A DNA stretch of 31,585 nt from Octopus sinensis (lineage: Eukaryota): contig NW_021832187.1 of the NCBI RefSeq assembly GCF_006345805.1, positions 1 to 31,585 of the forward strand, given 5' to 3'. A program made the translations under genes and the position numbers. Shown piece after piece: positions 1-10,079 of the stretch. The notes beneath the pieces were generated by a model. It was not told the DNA's origin. It saw only the letters and a list, made by a program, of their open reading frames with translations, and made no database searches. The stretch's first letter is position 1. Every line of letters starts with the position of its first letter.

Positions 1-1
1 C

Positions 2-350
2 GCTGAAGAAACCGAGATAAGACGATTATATGAAACATGGAATTATAAATACTTAGGAATTTCTGAAATAGACAGTCTATAACACAGACAACTGAGAAAA
101 AAGAAGGTTAAGCGGGAATATTATAAACGCATTAGATTAATACATACAAAAATCTGAGCTAAATATTAATACCTAAAGTATAGAAATAGTTTAGAATATT
201 CTGGTTGCTGCAGTAATAAGTTATAGAATATAAACTTCCCAACTAGATGTTAAACGAATTAGCATGATGACAGAGAAATAAGAAAATAATGACTTCCTTC
301 TCTCTAGAATACACTTTCGAACAACACATACAGAAAAATTGTATTTATCT
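2..350 (+). mobile_element. Decayed R4/Dong-like non-LTR retrotransposon, RT C-terminal region
   Basis: Manual translation from base 2 gives ...WNYKYLGISEIDSL*HRQLRKKKVKREYYKRIRLI, then after frameshifts KSELN, VAAVISY and EKLYLS. This follows the YKYLG...KEYYRRIR...SELN...AVPVISY...ERLYL order recalled for R4/Dong elements. Stops and frameshifts are present. Confidence 0.7.
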
Positions 351-505
351 TGTGGTAAGGAGCTTGCTTACCAACCACATGGTTCCGGGTTCAGTCCCAC
401 TGCGTGGCACCTTGGGAAAGTGTCTTCTGCTATAGCCCCGGGCCGACCAATGCCTTGTGAGTGGATTTAGTAGACGGAAACTGAAAGAAGCCTGTCGTAT
501 ATATG

Positions 506-538
<33 letters not shown>

Positions 539-745
539 GTGTATATGTTTGTGTGTCTGTGTTTGTCCCCCTAGCATTGCTTGATATACGTCCCCGTCAC
601 TTAGCGGTTTGGCAAAAAGAGACCGATAGAACAAGTACTGGGCTTACAAAAGAATAAGTCCCGGGGTCGATTGCTCGACTAAAGGCGGTGCTCCAGCATG
701 GCCGCAGTCAAATGACTGAAACAAGTGACAGAGTAAAGAGTAAAG
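351..745 (+). mobile_element. tRNA-derived SINE family A (5'-truncated), inserted in the Dong-like fragment
   Basis: B-box-like GGGTTCAGTCCC, central (TA)/(TG) tract and 3' module ...GGCGGTGCTCCAGCATGGCCGCAGTC...GAAACAAGT. Near-identical to the copies at 10423 and 25182. Confidence 0.9.
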
Positions 746-965
746 GAAGACAAACGTATTCTGTCTTGAAGGAATCTAATAGATACAAACAGAGGATACG
801 AAATATATGATTCTAAGGATGTTTGATAAACAGAAATAGAGATTATTAAAGAATTCGCAATTAGGCTGAAAATAGAATTAATATATATTGCGAGATAATT
901 TCGACAAGAAACGGTCAAAGAAACGGACAAGAAATGGTTAAAACTCAAGAAAGCAAAAGTAAAAG
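746..965 (+). mobile_element. Probable continuation of the decayed R4/Dong-like element
   Basis: Translates to QTYSVLKESNRYKQ..., resembling the linker between RT and CCHC in Dong-like ORFs. Colinear with 2-350. Weak similarity judged by eye. Confidence 0.4.
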
Positions 966-975
966 ATATTCAGTA

Positions 976-1297
976 TTCTTTTCTACTCTGGCACAAGGCC
1001 CGAAATTTTGGGGGTGGGGGCAGTCGATTAAATCTACGCAGTACACAACTGGTACTTAATTCATCAACCCAGAAAGTATGAAAGGCAAAATCGACCGCGG
1101 TGGAATTTGAACTCAGAACGTAAAGAGGGATGAAATACCTATTTCTTTACTACCCACAAGGGGATAAACACAGAGAGGACAAACAAGGACAGATAAACGG
1201 ATTAAGATGGCGGAATTTGAACTCAGAACGTAACGGCAGACGAAATACGGCTACGCATTTTGCCCGCCGTGCTAACGGTTGTGCCAGCTCGCCGACT
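976..1297 (-). mobile_element. SINE family B (OK-like) dimer; first unit internally deleted, second unit from a more diverged subfamily
   Basis: Reverse complement of GGCGAGCTGGCAG...GAGTTCAAATTCC. The unit junction AAATAG|GTATTTC falls at 1139|1138. Confidence 0.85.
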
Positions 1298-1602
1298 TAA
1301 AAGAAAAAGACAGATAGTTATATCAGTTGAATACAGAGTATGTTGGGTATATTAAGCAACAATAAATTTCATCGTTTCCGACTATTAACTCTTCGCAGAA
1401 ACAGGTATATATTTAACTGGATGATCTCAAAGCAGATAAGGTTATACATTATTACACGCTATTATTTATATCTTTACCTGCTTGGAGATTCACCGTGCCA
1501 AATATATATATATATATGTGAAAAATTAGATATTAATTTATAATACCGTCAGTTTAACACCAACTATTTCTAGCACTAGGTTAGCCACTTATCGTTAACT
1601 CT

Positions 1603-1604
<2 letters not shown>

Positions 1605-1649
<45 letters not shown>

Positions 1650-1741
1650 GTGTGTGTGTGTTTTGTGTGTGTATATATATATATATATAATATATATATA
1701 ATATATATATATATATTATATGTGTGTGTGTGTGTGTGTGG

Positions 1742-1772
<31 letters not shown>

Positions 1773-1815
1773 TGTGTGTGTGTCTGTGTGTGTGTGTATG
1801 TATGTATACATATAT
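1605..1815. repeat. (TA)n/(TG)n compound microsatellite
   Basis: Visible directly in the sequence. Confidence 0.95.
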
Positions 1816-2219
1816 TTATGTGTATGTTTTTGTGTTTGTTTTGTACACCAACACTACTTGACTACTGGTGTTGGTTTATTTACGTCTGTGTGACCTATGT
1901 GTTTCGTTGAAAACAGTCTGAGAGAATAGTTAGCAGTTTTAGAAAAATCAAAATCACTGTAATCGGTTTTTTCGAGTCTTGAAGATGGTGCGCGTGCATG
2001 GCCGCAATCTGATGAGTGAAGCAATTAAAATACAACACAATATAATGGACTCTTCCGTCGTTAGAAGACGTATGAAGGTTCAACAATTTCTTACCGAGCA
2101 ACCTCACAGATGATTTGTCTATAGTGATTAAATGTTTGTATAGACATAAGCTCACTCCCTCCATCAGATCCACATTACCTGTACAGGTGCAACGGATGCC
2201 TCATGTCCGATGTTGAAAT

Positions 2220-2346
2220 GATCACAGAGCAAAGGGAAATGAAGTGCTTTGGTCAAGAACACAACGCGCTGATCGGTCTGGGAATCGAACTAACAATCTC
2301 GCAATCGTAAGTGCAGCACCTTAACCACTAAGCCATGCGCCTTCAC
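2220..2346 (-). mobile_element. SINE family C (tRNA head, OR-like), diverged 5' part
   Basis: Reverse complement reads GTGAAGGCGCATGGCTTAGTGGTTAAGG...GTTCGATTCCC, with A and B boxes. Homologous to 3306-3640, 11933 and 24421. Confidence 0.75.
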
Positions 2347-2366
2347 ACAGATTATAATATACATCA

Positions 2367-2485
2367 CCGTGATCACCGTGACCGACCAGGCTATCAGATG
2401 TTGCTACACATCGCTGGTCACAATGCGCTTCGCATTGTTTTAGCCTTCAAATGACGTCACCCCGCTGGCTAAGCGAGCAGGCCAA
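2367..2485 (-). mobile_element. 3' fragment of another SINE/LINE-tail repeat
   Basis: TCACCGTGATCACCGTGACCGACCAGGCTATCAG... is recalled as a common cephalopod repeat end with a short tandem tail. Only one copy here, so it cannot be confirmed internally. Confidence 0.45.
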
Positions 2486-2629
2486 TAATATATATATATG
2501 GGTGCGTGTGTGTTTGTGCGTGTGTGTGTGTATGCATATATCTATATCTATACGTGTGTGTTTGTAAACGCGTGTATCCAAGTGCTGGCCTCCTCATCAT
2601 AATCCTGTGGGTTTAACAGAAGGGGCAAG

Positions 2630-2700
2630 TGGCACATTGCGTCCTTGAGTAAATAATTTATTTCACTTTCCTTTAATTTACTCAGCTAAAATGTGTACAA
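2630..2700 (+). mobile_element. Old SINE core remnant (family C-like)
   Basis: TTGCGTCCTTGAGTAAATAATTTATTTCAC...ACTCAGCT aligns by eye with the family C core at about 11995-12055. Confidence 0.45.
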
Positions 2701-2866
2701 ATCGAGTGCAGGTGCAGTTCTATTCCAATCCAATTGTCTGACCCTGGATGTGCAAAAGGCGAACGAGTCGCAAGGGTGCTTGTATCTGCTCGCGACAACA
2801 CAGGTAGCTATACCAGCGGAAGAACATAGCATGTTATTAAGCCATAGCTTTACGTTGGTGACGTCT

Positions 2867-2910
<44 letters not shown>

Positions 2911-3305
2911 GCTCTTTATGTGTATAATCAATGCCATAATCATGTTGCATCATTCAAACGTAAAAACAAATGTCAGAACACATCTCTGGACAACTTAATA
3001 TGGAACTTGACAGAAATCTAACACACCCTCTCCCAGTTCGTGATAAGAATTGTCTACTCATATGACGTGGTAATCTTTAGAAGAGATTTTCTGTATATTA
3101 CAATCCAATGAAGGGGCAATTCACAAATATTCGAAGCTTATTATAAGATGCAACAACAAATTTGGAAAAACTTTTAGGAAGTACTTCGGAAAAATATTTA
3201 TGGAGAATGATTATTTGTTTTTGTTGGATCTGATATCCAACTCTGAAAGCTATTATTAGTTTGTCAAAAATAAGTGTGTGGTAATATAATATAATATAAT
3301 ATATT

Positions 3306-3640
3306 GAGACCCCACTTCGTCATGGCTGATCGTAGGATTGCACCTAGGAAGTTACCATCCCAGGCACAAGTCCGAGCAAGGTTGTTTATGGAAGACCAGC
3401 AGTCGCCCATGCATACCGGCCTCCGCTCTCCAGGCCACCAGTGTTATCCAAGGGAAAGGTAACAGTAGATACAGCTTGGCACATGTGACGTCGCAACTCA
3501 CTTCTACAGCTGAGTGAACTGGAGAAACGTGAAATAAAGAGTCTTGATCAAGAACACAATACGCAGTCCGGTCCGGGATTCGAACTCACTACCTCACGAT
3601 CGTAAGCTCGACGCTCTAACCACTGAGCCATGCCCCTTCA
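3306..3640 (-). mobile_element. SINE family C, full-length-like, with a different (LINE-derived?) 3' tail
   Basis: Minus-strand tRNA-like head GGCTCAGTGGTTAGAGCG...GAGTTCGAATCCC plus the shared core TTTATTTCACG...CACTCAGCTG. Confidence 0.8.
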
Positions 3641-4509
3641 CAATATAATAATATAATATAATATAATATTATACAATATATGATATATAAAAGAAAATTA
3701 CAATCGAGAATAAGCTTGTATTTCTGTATAAGTCTGAGTATATACGTGTATGTATATATGTGTGAGTGTGTATATGTATACTATATTAATTCATCTGTAA
3801 TCATTCTGAATCTCTTTAATTAATCTCCTGATTTATTTGTTTATAACCAACGAAGAAACACATTTTAACAAAGAAATAACAAGTTTTATCTACATAGAAC
3901 ATGGTCTGTATCAGTGTATCTGTGTGCTCGGCAGAGTGGGAGAGTATGATAAATTGTTTTGCTAGTAGTTTACAATTAACTGAATATTGGCGAAAATCTT
4001 TGAACATTTGCTCTAGACAACACACAGTAATACCAAGTTACATAGTCAATACTAAATCGTGCGTCCAGCCAGTTTTAATAGCATTCGAGCAGGCACTGTC
4101 TGTTAGAAGACGCATGGTTCAGGAGAGAAAAATTCATTATCTAACACTTTCTGTCATTAATTAATTTATTAATTAATTTAGTTAATCATTTATTTATTCC
4201 CCTTTTCTTTATCCATTTGTTCTCTTCGATTCAACGTATCATGACCGATTGGTATGAATTATAGATTTAGTATGTATTTGGTTCTTTTACAATGAAATAC
4301 AAATGAACGGATAAGAACATTTTGGACGAAGGGAATATATTCTTAAAAATACAAGTTCATCGAGCACAAGTCTTTTTTTTTTGCATAAACTTCATGAGTT
4401 GATATTTTTGCGGTATTAGTACCACAATACCGATACAATGCGTTGTTACAGATATTAAATGATAAAATCATAGCAATATCCTGATGAAATAGCGATGAAA
4501 CAATTCTAG

Positions 4510-4554
4510 GTCAGTGAACAGGTCGCGGTCTCAAAGCGACGAAAATATTTTGGC
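4510..4554 (+). ncRNA. Putative minimal type I hammerhead ribozyme, G3-C8 core variant (H3)
   Basis: GTCA [GTGAACA] G GTCGC-ggtctcaaa-GCGAC [GAA] AATATT T | TGGC. Stem I 4 bp, stem II 5 bp, palindromic helix III. Confidence 0.55.
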
Positions 4555-4650
4555 AAATTAAATTGAAATGTTTTTGTGTGTTTCATAACTGGATTATAAA
4601 CACCTTCCACGCTGCAATTGTTTTCGTTCCAGCACATGATCTCAGATCAG
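4510..4650 (+). mobile_element. Penelope-like terminal repeat, hammerhead family H3 (single arm)
   Basis: Homologous to 5311-5475 and ends at a (TA)n run. Confidence 0.7.
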
Positions 4651-4710
<60 letters not shown>

Positions 4711-4756
4711 TATGTATATGTTTGTATGTATGTATGTATGTACGTATGTATGTATG

Positions 4757-4793
<37 letters not shown>
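4651..4793. repeat. (TA)n/(TATG)n/(TG)n microsatellite
   Basis: Visible directly in the sequence. Confidence 0.95.
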
Positions 4794-4794
<1 letters not shown>

Positions 4795-4795
<1 letters not shown>

Positions 4796-4912
4796 GGCGA
4801 TCTAGCAGAATCATTAGCACTTATTTACTCCGTCTTTACGTTCTGAGTTCAAATTCCGCCGAGGTCGACTTTGGCAGTCATACTCTCGGAGTCGATAACA
4901 TAACTACAAGTT
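4795..4912 (+). mobile_element. SINE family B, diverged partial copy
   Basis: Contains TACGTTCTGAGTTCAAATTCCGCCGAGGTCGACTTTG. Confidence 0.75.
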
Positions 4913-4999
4913 AAACACCGTACCCGATGAGCTTCTCTGCCCTAGGTGTACGGAAAACACTCGGCGAGAAATGGAAGAAAATTTGAAGAAAGAAGGAAA

Positions 5000-5070
5000 A
5001 CAACAACAACAACAACAACAACAACAATAACAACGATATTAATAATAATAATATAAAATAATAATAATAA
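5000..5070. repeat. (CAA)n/(TAA)n microsatellite
   Basis: Visible directly; abuts the Dong-like fragment. Confidence 0.9.
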
Positions 5071-5159
5071 AGTACAGACTAAAGAATTTCTAACTGCAGC
5101 ACAAGACCAAAGTACCCCTCCTCCGCCAGAATGACTTATAATGAAAACTTATAATGAAG

Positions 5160-5501
5160 ACAATAGCAGCGTGGAAGGTGTTTGTAAGCCATTTAAGAAA
5201 CACACAAAAGCCGTTCGATTCACTTCAACATTTAAGTTTAATTTGTCAAAATATTTTCGTCGTTATAAGACCGCGACCTGTTCACTGACAAAAATCCGTG
5301 CTGCATCTCAGATTTTTGTTAGTGAACAGGTCGCGGTCTTATAACGACGAAATTATTTTGACAAATTAAACTTAAATGTTGAAGTGAATCGAACGGCTTT
5401 TGTGTGTTTCTTAAATGGCCTACAAACACCTTCCACGCTGCAATTGTTTTCGTTTCAGCACACGATCTCAGATCAAATCACTTGCTATGCAAGTACATCT
5501 C
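5160..5501. mobile_element. Fold-back insertion of Penelope-like terminus (family H3) with 12-bp target duplication
   Basis: Inverted arms 5161-5296 and 5311-5446 with a 14-nt loop; the right arm extends to about 5500. CTTATAATGAAA occurs at 5135-5146 and 5502-5513, with an extra near-copy at 5148-5159. Confidence 0.8.
5242..5292 (-). ncRNA. Putative minimal type I hammerhead ribozyme, G3-C8 core variant (H3)
   Basis: Minus strand: TTTGTCA [GTGAACA] G GTCG-cggtcttataa-CGAC [GAA] AATATT T | TGACAAA. Perfect 7-bp stem I and 4-bp stem II. The mirror copy at 5313-5364 is degenerate in helix III. Confidence 0.6.
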
Positions 5502-5854
5502 CTTATAATGAAAGGAAACATAACAAGTAACTGCAGAATTTGTGGATGTGGACAGGAAACAATAAACCATATTGTGTATGGCTGCTCAGTCCTGGCTAAG
5601 AAGGAATATATTCACAGACACTACAGACTTGGGACCTATATACACTGGAAGCTGTGCCAACACTACGGAATAACAACAGAAAAAAAGATGGTATAGGCAC
5701 ACGCCAGAAAAGGACACAGAAAATGAGAAAGCAACCATTCTATGGAATATGCCAATACACGCAGATAGAGAAATCAAGACCAAAAGGCCTGATATATTTG
5801 TCAGAGATCATCAAGAAAAAAATGCTTTCTAATTGATGTATCAATACCGGCTGA

Positions 5855-5980
5855 TTCTTTCAGTTTCCGTCTACCAAATCCACTCACAAAGCTTTGGTCG
5901 GCCCGAGCCACGCAGTTCGACTGAACCCGGAACCATGTGGTTGGTAAGCAAGCTACTTACCACACAGCCACTCCTACGCC

Positions 5981-5983
<3 letters not shown>
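5855..5983 (-). mobile_element. SINE family A 5' half, internally deleted
   Basis: Reverse complement of the family A head; it ends the Dong-like RLE fragment. Confidence 0.85.
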
Positions 5984-6012
<29 letters not shown>

Positions 6013-6013
6013 A

Positions 6014-6051
<38 letters not shown>

Positions 6052-6140
6052 TATATTATATATATATATATATAAATATAAGATATATATATATAAGTAT
6101 AATATATATATATATATGTCTCTCCCTCTATATATATATA
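5981..6140. repeat. (TA)n microsatellite, interrupted
   Basis: Visible directly in the sequence. Confidence 0.95.
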
Positions 6141-6161
6141 CACAAGCGCATCCACACATAC

Positions 6162-6322
6162 GATGGGTTTCCTCACAGTCTCCGGTTACCAAATTCATTC
6201 ACAAAGCATTGGATGGCCCAGCGTTATAGTAGTGGATATCTGTCAAATGTAACGCGCAATGAGACTGAACCCAAAACCACGTGGTTGTGAAGCGAGCTTC
6301 TTAACCACACAGCCACGTCTGC
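6162..6322 (-). mobile_element. SINE family A head, old diverged copy
   Basis: ACCAAATTCATTCACAAAGC...GACTGAACCC...AACCACACAGCCAC aligns with 5855-5983. Confidence 0.7.
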
Positions 6323-7002
6323 ACTCACTAGCTTCTAAACCCTCGCACACACACACTCACACACACTCACAAACATACACACATACATGCGCACAAACTC
6401 ACACTCCCACAAAACCATAATTATATCTAAATCGGGCACAAGGCCAAGAATTCGGGGTCAGAGTAAAAAGACTAGATTAAACTGACCTAAGTTTTTTGAC
6501 TAATGGTTAATTAATTGAACGATGAAAGGAGAACTTGAAATAACGGCTACGTTTGATCTAAAATCTATTCGTGTGGTATTTTATGATATTTTAAAAGAGT
6601 ACACCGTTGTTCTGGAACGTGATTAACTGCTGAAACAACAACAGAATGAAAAAAAAAACACCCCAAAACAAACAAAGAAAAAAATATAGTATTTTGATTG
6701 GCGTACCATTGAAACTTGTGAAAATATGCATCAGTATTTGTAATGGCAATAAAGGAGATTTATGGACAACATCCTGTGCGACAAGTGAAATCACAAATAC
6801 AAGAGGTGAGTAATAGAGTGAAATGCATTACTGGGAGGGACGTAGAATGAAGGGGCCATTTTGTGTAGAAAAGAAAAAATAAATTTTTTTACGGTTGAAA
6901 GATGTTTGCTACTTGTCCTTTGAGAAAGAGTGTACATGAAACAATGAAGAAATTTGTTGTGCGTAGCATCAATAAAAATATTCGCCCTCAACGCATCGTG
7001 CA

Positions 7003-7048
<46 letters not shown>

Positions 7049-7150
7049 CTATCTATCTATCTTCTATCTATCTATCTATCTGTCTGTCGTTCTGTCTGTC
7101 TGTCTGTCGTCTGTCTGTCTGTCTGTCTGTCTATCTATTTATGCATATGT

Positions 7151-7181
<31 letters not shown>

Positions 7182-7185
7182 ATAA
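7003..7185. repeat. (TATC)n/(TGTC)n/(TA)n microsatellite
   Basis: Visible directly in the sequence. Confidence 0.95.
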
Positions 7186-7218
7186 TTCTCTAAATGAGAT
7201 ATAGACAGTAACTGCTCC

Positions 7219-7669
7219 ATAACATAAGGGACTAAAGCCATCTGAATATGGCTAGGACAGGGCAGGTGGTGGGGGTGTTACTGTTGCATTTAGCCCCAGG
7301 CGAACATCAACGTCGCCAGATAGCTTGACACCATCACGGTGTCCTTTATCCTGCAAAGGGAGATAATTCCCCGATGAAGCGGAAACCACACACGGACCTA
7401 GGTTTCAAGGTGTATTGCCTATCATCAACGTGTGGTAGAAGCGGGGGCCTACCACACGTTGATATAGGCATACACTTTGAAACCTAGGTCCGTGTGTGGT
7501 TTCCGCTTCATCGGGGAATTATCTCCCTTTGCAGGATAAAGGACACCGTGATGGTGTCAAGCCTATCTGGCGACGTTGATGTTCGCCTGGGGCTAAATGC
7601 AACAGTAACACCCCCACCACCCTGCCCTGTCCCTAGCCATATTCAGATGGCTTTAGTCCCTTATGTTAT
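7219..7669. mobile_element. 450-bp fold-back element, probable Penelope-like termini in inverted orientation (family H4)
   Basis: Arms 7219-7438 and 7449-7669 with 10-nt loop AAGCGGGGGC. Only a few, mostly 1-nt indel, differences. Each arm carries a hammerhead-format motif next to the centre. Confidence 0.8.
7389..7434 (-). ncRNA. Putative minimal type I hammerhead ribozyme (H4)
   Basis: Minus strand: CACACG [TTGATGA] T AGG-caataca-CCT T [GAA] ACCTAGGT C | CGTGTG. GUC cleavage triplet, 6-bp stem I, 8-nt palindromic helix III, C3 replaced by U. The mirror copy at 7453-7496 lacks G8. Confidence 0.6.
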
Positions 7670-7696
7670 ATATATATATATATATATATATAAATG

Positions 7697-7960
7697 AAAT
7701 ATAAATTATAAATTACAAAGTGTGACAAGAACGCAAAAACACACTAAGAGACGACACAAGAAAACAGACGGGACACTCGAAGCCTCTAATCTTCAGTCGG
7801 GAACCGGATCATCTAGCAATTTCGGCTGTTTACGAAATTGCTAAGATGATCCGGTTCCCGGCTGCAGATTAGAGGCTTCGAGTGTCCGTCTGTTTTCTTG
7901 TGTCGTCTCTTTGTGTGTTTTTGCGTTCTTGTCCCACTTGTAATTTATAATTTATATTAA
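7697..7960. mobile_element. Fold-back of repeat family X (Penelope-terminus-like)
   Basis: Arms about 7697-7824 and 7833-7960 with an 8-nt loop. Homologous to 20535-20665, and more distantly to 12678-12862 and 13440-13600. Confidence 0.75.
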
Positions 7961-8003
7961 TTTCTATGCATATATTATTGCGACATAACGTACCCCTATC
8001 TCC

Positions 8004-8051
<48 letters not shown>

Positions 8052-8106
8052 ATATATATATAATATATATATAGATATATATATATTATATATATATATA
8101 TATATA

Positions 8107-8400
8107 ATGAGGGAGATAAATGAATATAAATTTGATTATATCAATTTAAAACCAGTAGCCTAGCATACAAAAATCTGAAAATTCAGAGAAAATTCTAATA
8201 CATGTGTATATTCAAAGGGCTGTATGCTAGAAGTAGATAAACATATATAAATTTAAATAAGGGTAAAAAATTGAATATTAATTTGATTAGTAGCAATTTA
8301 AACCAGTGGCCTAGCATATTGAAAAATCTGAAGATTCAGAAAAATTATATTACATACATATTAGATGGATGACCACTAAGTAGACATCTAATATGCTAGA
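8107..8400. repeat. Unclassified interspersed repeat with an internal ~50-bp direct repeat
   Basis: AATTTAAA(A)CCAGT(A/G)GCCTAGCATA...ATCTGAA(A/G)ATTCAGA occurs twice (about 8163-8212 and 8295-8346). A second copy of the element starts at about 31507. Confidence 0.65.
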
Positions 8401-9151
8401 TGTAGACCCCATATGGTCTGACCACTAAGAAAAAATTGCTCTTAAGAAAATTCAGCAAACGTCAGAACGTAAGCGAGCAAGACAAATGAAAAGATACAAA
8501 ATATACAAATTAGTCACATACCAGGTTTCATTGTTACCACTTACATATTTACATACGTAAATGTCCGCAAGTCATCAGGTCGTGTGGGATGATGAATGGA
8601 AAGGCATAACGTCGACATCATTAGTAACCATCCAAACACCATGATATTGACTGGAAGTTCGATTTTTATCACTCTCCCTACATATCCTCAGATTGCTCTA
8701 TCAGATTGACTCCCAAACATTTTGAAATGTCCGTATTGGAGATTCAGGCGAGAATTCCCAGCAGTAAAGCATTTAGGTTCCAAACTTCTGGGAGATTGAG
8801 TCGCGTTATGGCGCTGTTTTTCTCACAGACGGTGCCCAACTAACCCGACTATACTATGTAATGGAGAAAATCAAATACAAGCTATGCACATGAGCGAAAA
8901 TAAAAATATAAATTAGCGACGATTTATATTATATATATGTGCGTGTTTGTATGTGTGTGTGTGTGTGTACTTACATGCATACATACACACACATACACAA
9001 GTACGCATCTTCATACTCTTCTATGTATGTATGTATTTATGTATGTATGTATGTAAGTATCTATCTATCTGTCTGTCTGTCTGTCTCTCTCTATCTATCT
9101 ATCTGTCTATCTATCGATCGATCCATCTATCTATTTGCAAATAATACATAC

Positions 9152-9228
<77 letters not shown>

Positions 9229-9463
9229 CGTATCAGTGAACGTATGTCTATTCCAAATTGTAGCCAAAAGTATTGTAGCTAGATACTTAAACTAAAATCT
9301 ATTAACGAGTCGCATATCCTTGAAAATTGAAGCACATAGTTACTCGCAATTTGTTATCAGAAATTTTAATGTTTTGCGCCTAAGAGGAAAACAAATATTT
9401 TACACCTCTAAGTGCTGCATTATATATTAGTGAAAAACAAATATTGATTAGTTTACAACTACA

Positions 9464-10064
9464 AGGCGGCGAGCTGGCAGAAACGTTAGCAGGCCGGGCG
9501 AAATGCGTAGCCGTATTTCGTCTGCCGTTACGTTCTGAGTTCAAATTCCGCCGAGGTCGACTTTGCCTTTCATCCTTTCGGGGTCGATAAATAAAGTACC
9601 AGTTACGCACAGGGTTCGATACAATCGACTTAATCCGCTTGTCTGTCCTTGTTTGCCCTCTCTGTGTTTGGCCCCTTGTGGGCAATAAAGAAATAGGTAT
9701 TTCGTCTGCCGTTACGTTGTGAGTTCAAATTCCGCCGAGGTCGACTATGCCTTTCATCCTTTCGGGGTCGATAAATGAAGTACCATTTACGCACTGGGGT
9801 CGATATAATCAACTTAATCCGTTTGTCTGTCCTTGTTTGTCCTCTCTGTGTTTGGCCCCTTGTGGATAGTAAAGAAATAGGTAATTCGTCAGGCGCTACG
9901 TTCTGAGTTCAAATTCCGCCGAGGTCGACTTTACCTTTCATCCTTTCGGGGTCGATAAATTAAGTACCAGTTACGCACTGGGGTCGATATAATCAACTTA
10001 ATCCATTTGTTTGTCCTTGTTTGTCCTCTCTGTGTTTAGCCCCTTGTGAGCAGTAAAGAAATAG
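9464..10064 (+). mobile_element. SINE family B trimer (head plus three 184-bp units) with 16-18 bp target duplication
   Basis: Units 9513-9696, 9697-9880 and 9881-10064. GATTAGTTTACA(A/T)CTACA lies at 9446-9463 and 10064-10081. Confidence 0.92.
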
Positions 10065-10079
10065 ATTAGTTTACATCTA

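Larger units (their letters stand above)
5071..5853 (+). mobile_element. Decayed R4/Dong-like LINE: AAQDQ motif, CCHC zinc knuckle and restriction-like endonuclease; interrupted at 5147-5501
   Basis: EFLTAAQDQS at about 5080-5110; CRICGCGQETINHIVYGC...HRH...YIHWKLC (ORF 5415-5696). After a frameshift: WYRHTPEKDTENEKATILWNMPIHADREIKTKRPDIFVRD...LIDVSIP, the PD..D motif of the RLE. Confidence 0.88.

Noticed and set aside
3560-3640. tRNA-like sequence (also at 2260-2346, 11933-12000 and 24660-24730)
   Set aside because: These are SINE heads: A and B boxes are present but there is no acceptor stem, and each continues into a shared SINE core.
4473-4510. CTGATGA-AATAGCGAT-GAAACAATTC hammerhead-like string
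   Set aside because: Stem I does not pair and helix III has a C.T mismatch. It more likely is a decayed inverted piece of the H3 3' end.
7362-7400. CCGATGA-AGCG-GAAACC in the H4 arms
   Set aside because: No stem II can form and there is no NUH triplet in register.
9464-10064. Regularly spaced repeats that might suggest a CRISPR array
   Set aside because: Units are 184-bp tandem SINE bodies without unique spacers, in a eukaryotic context with no cas genes.
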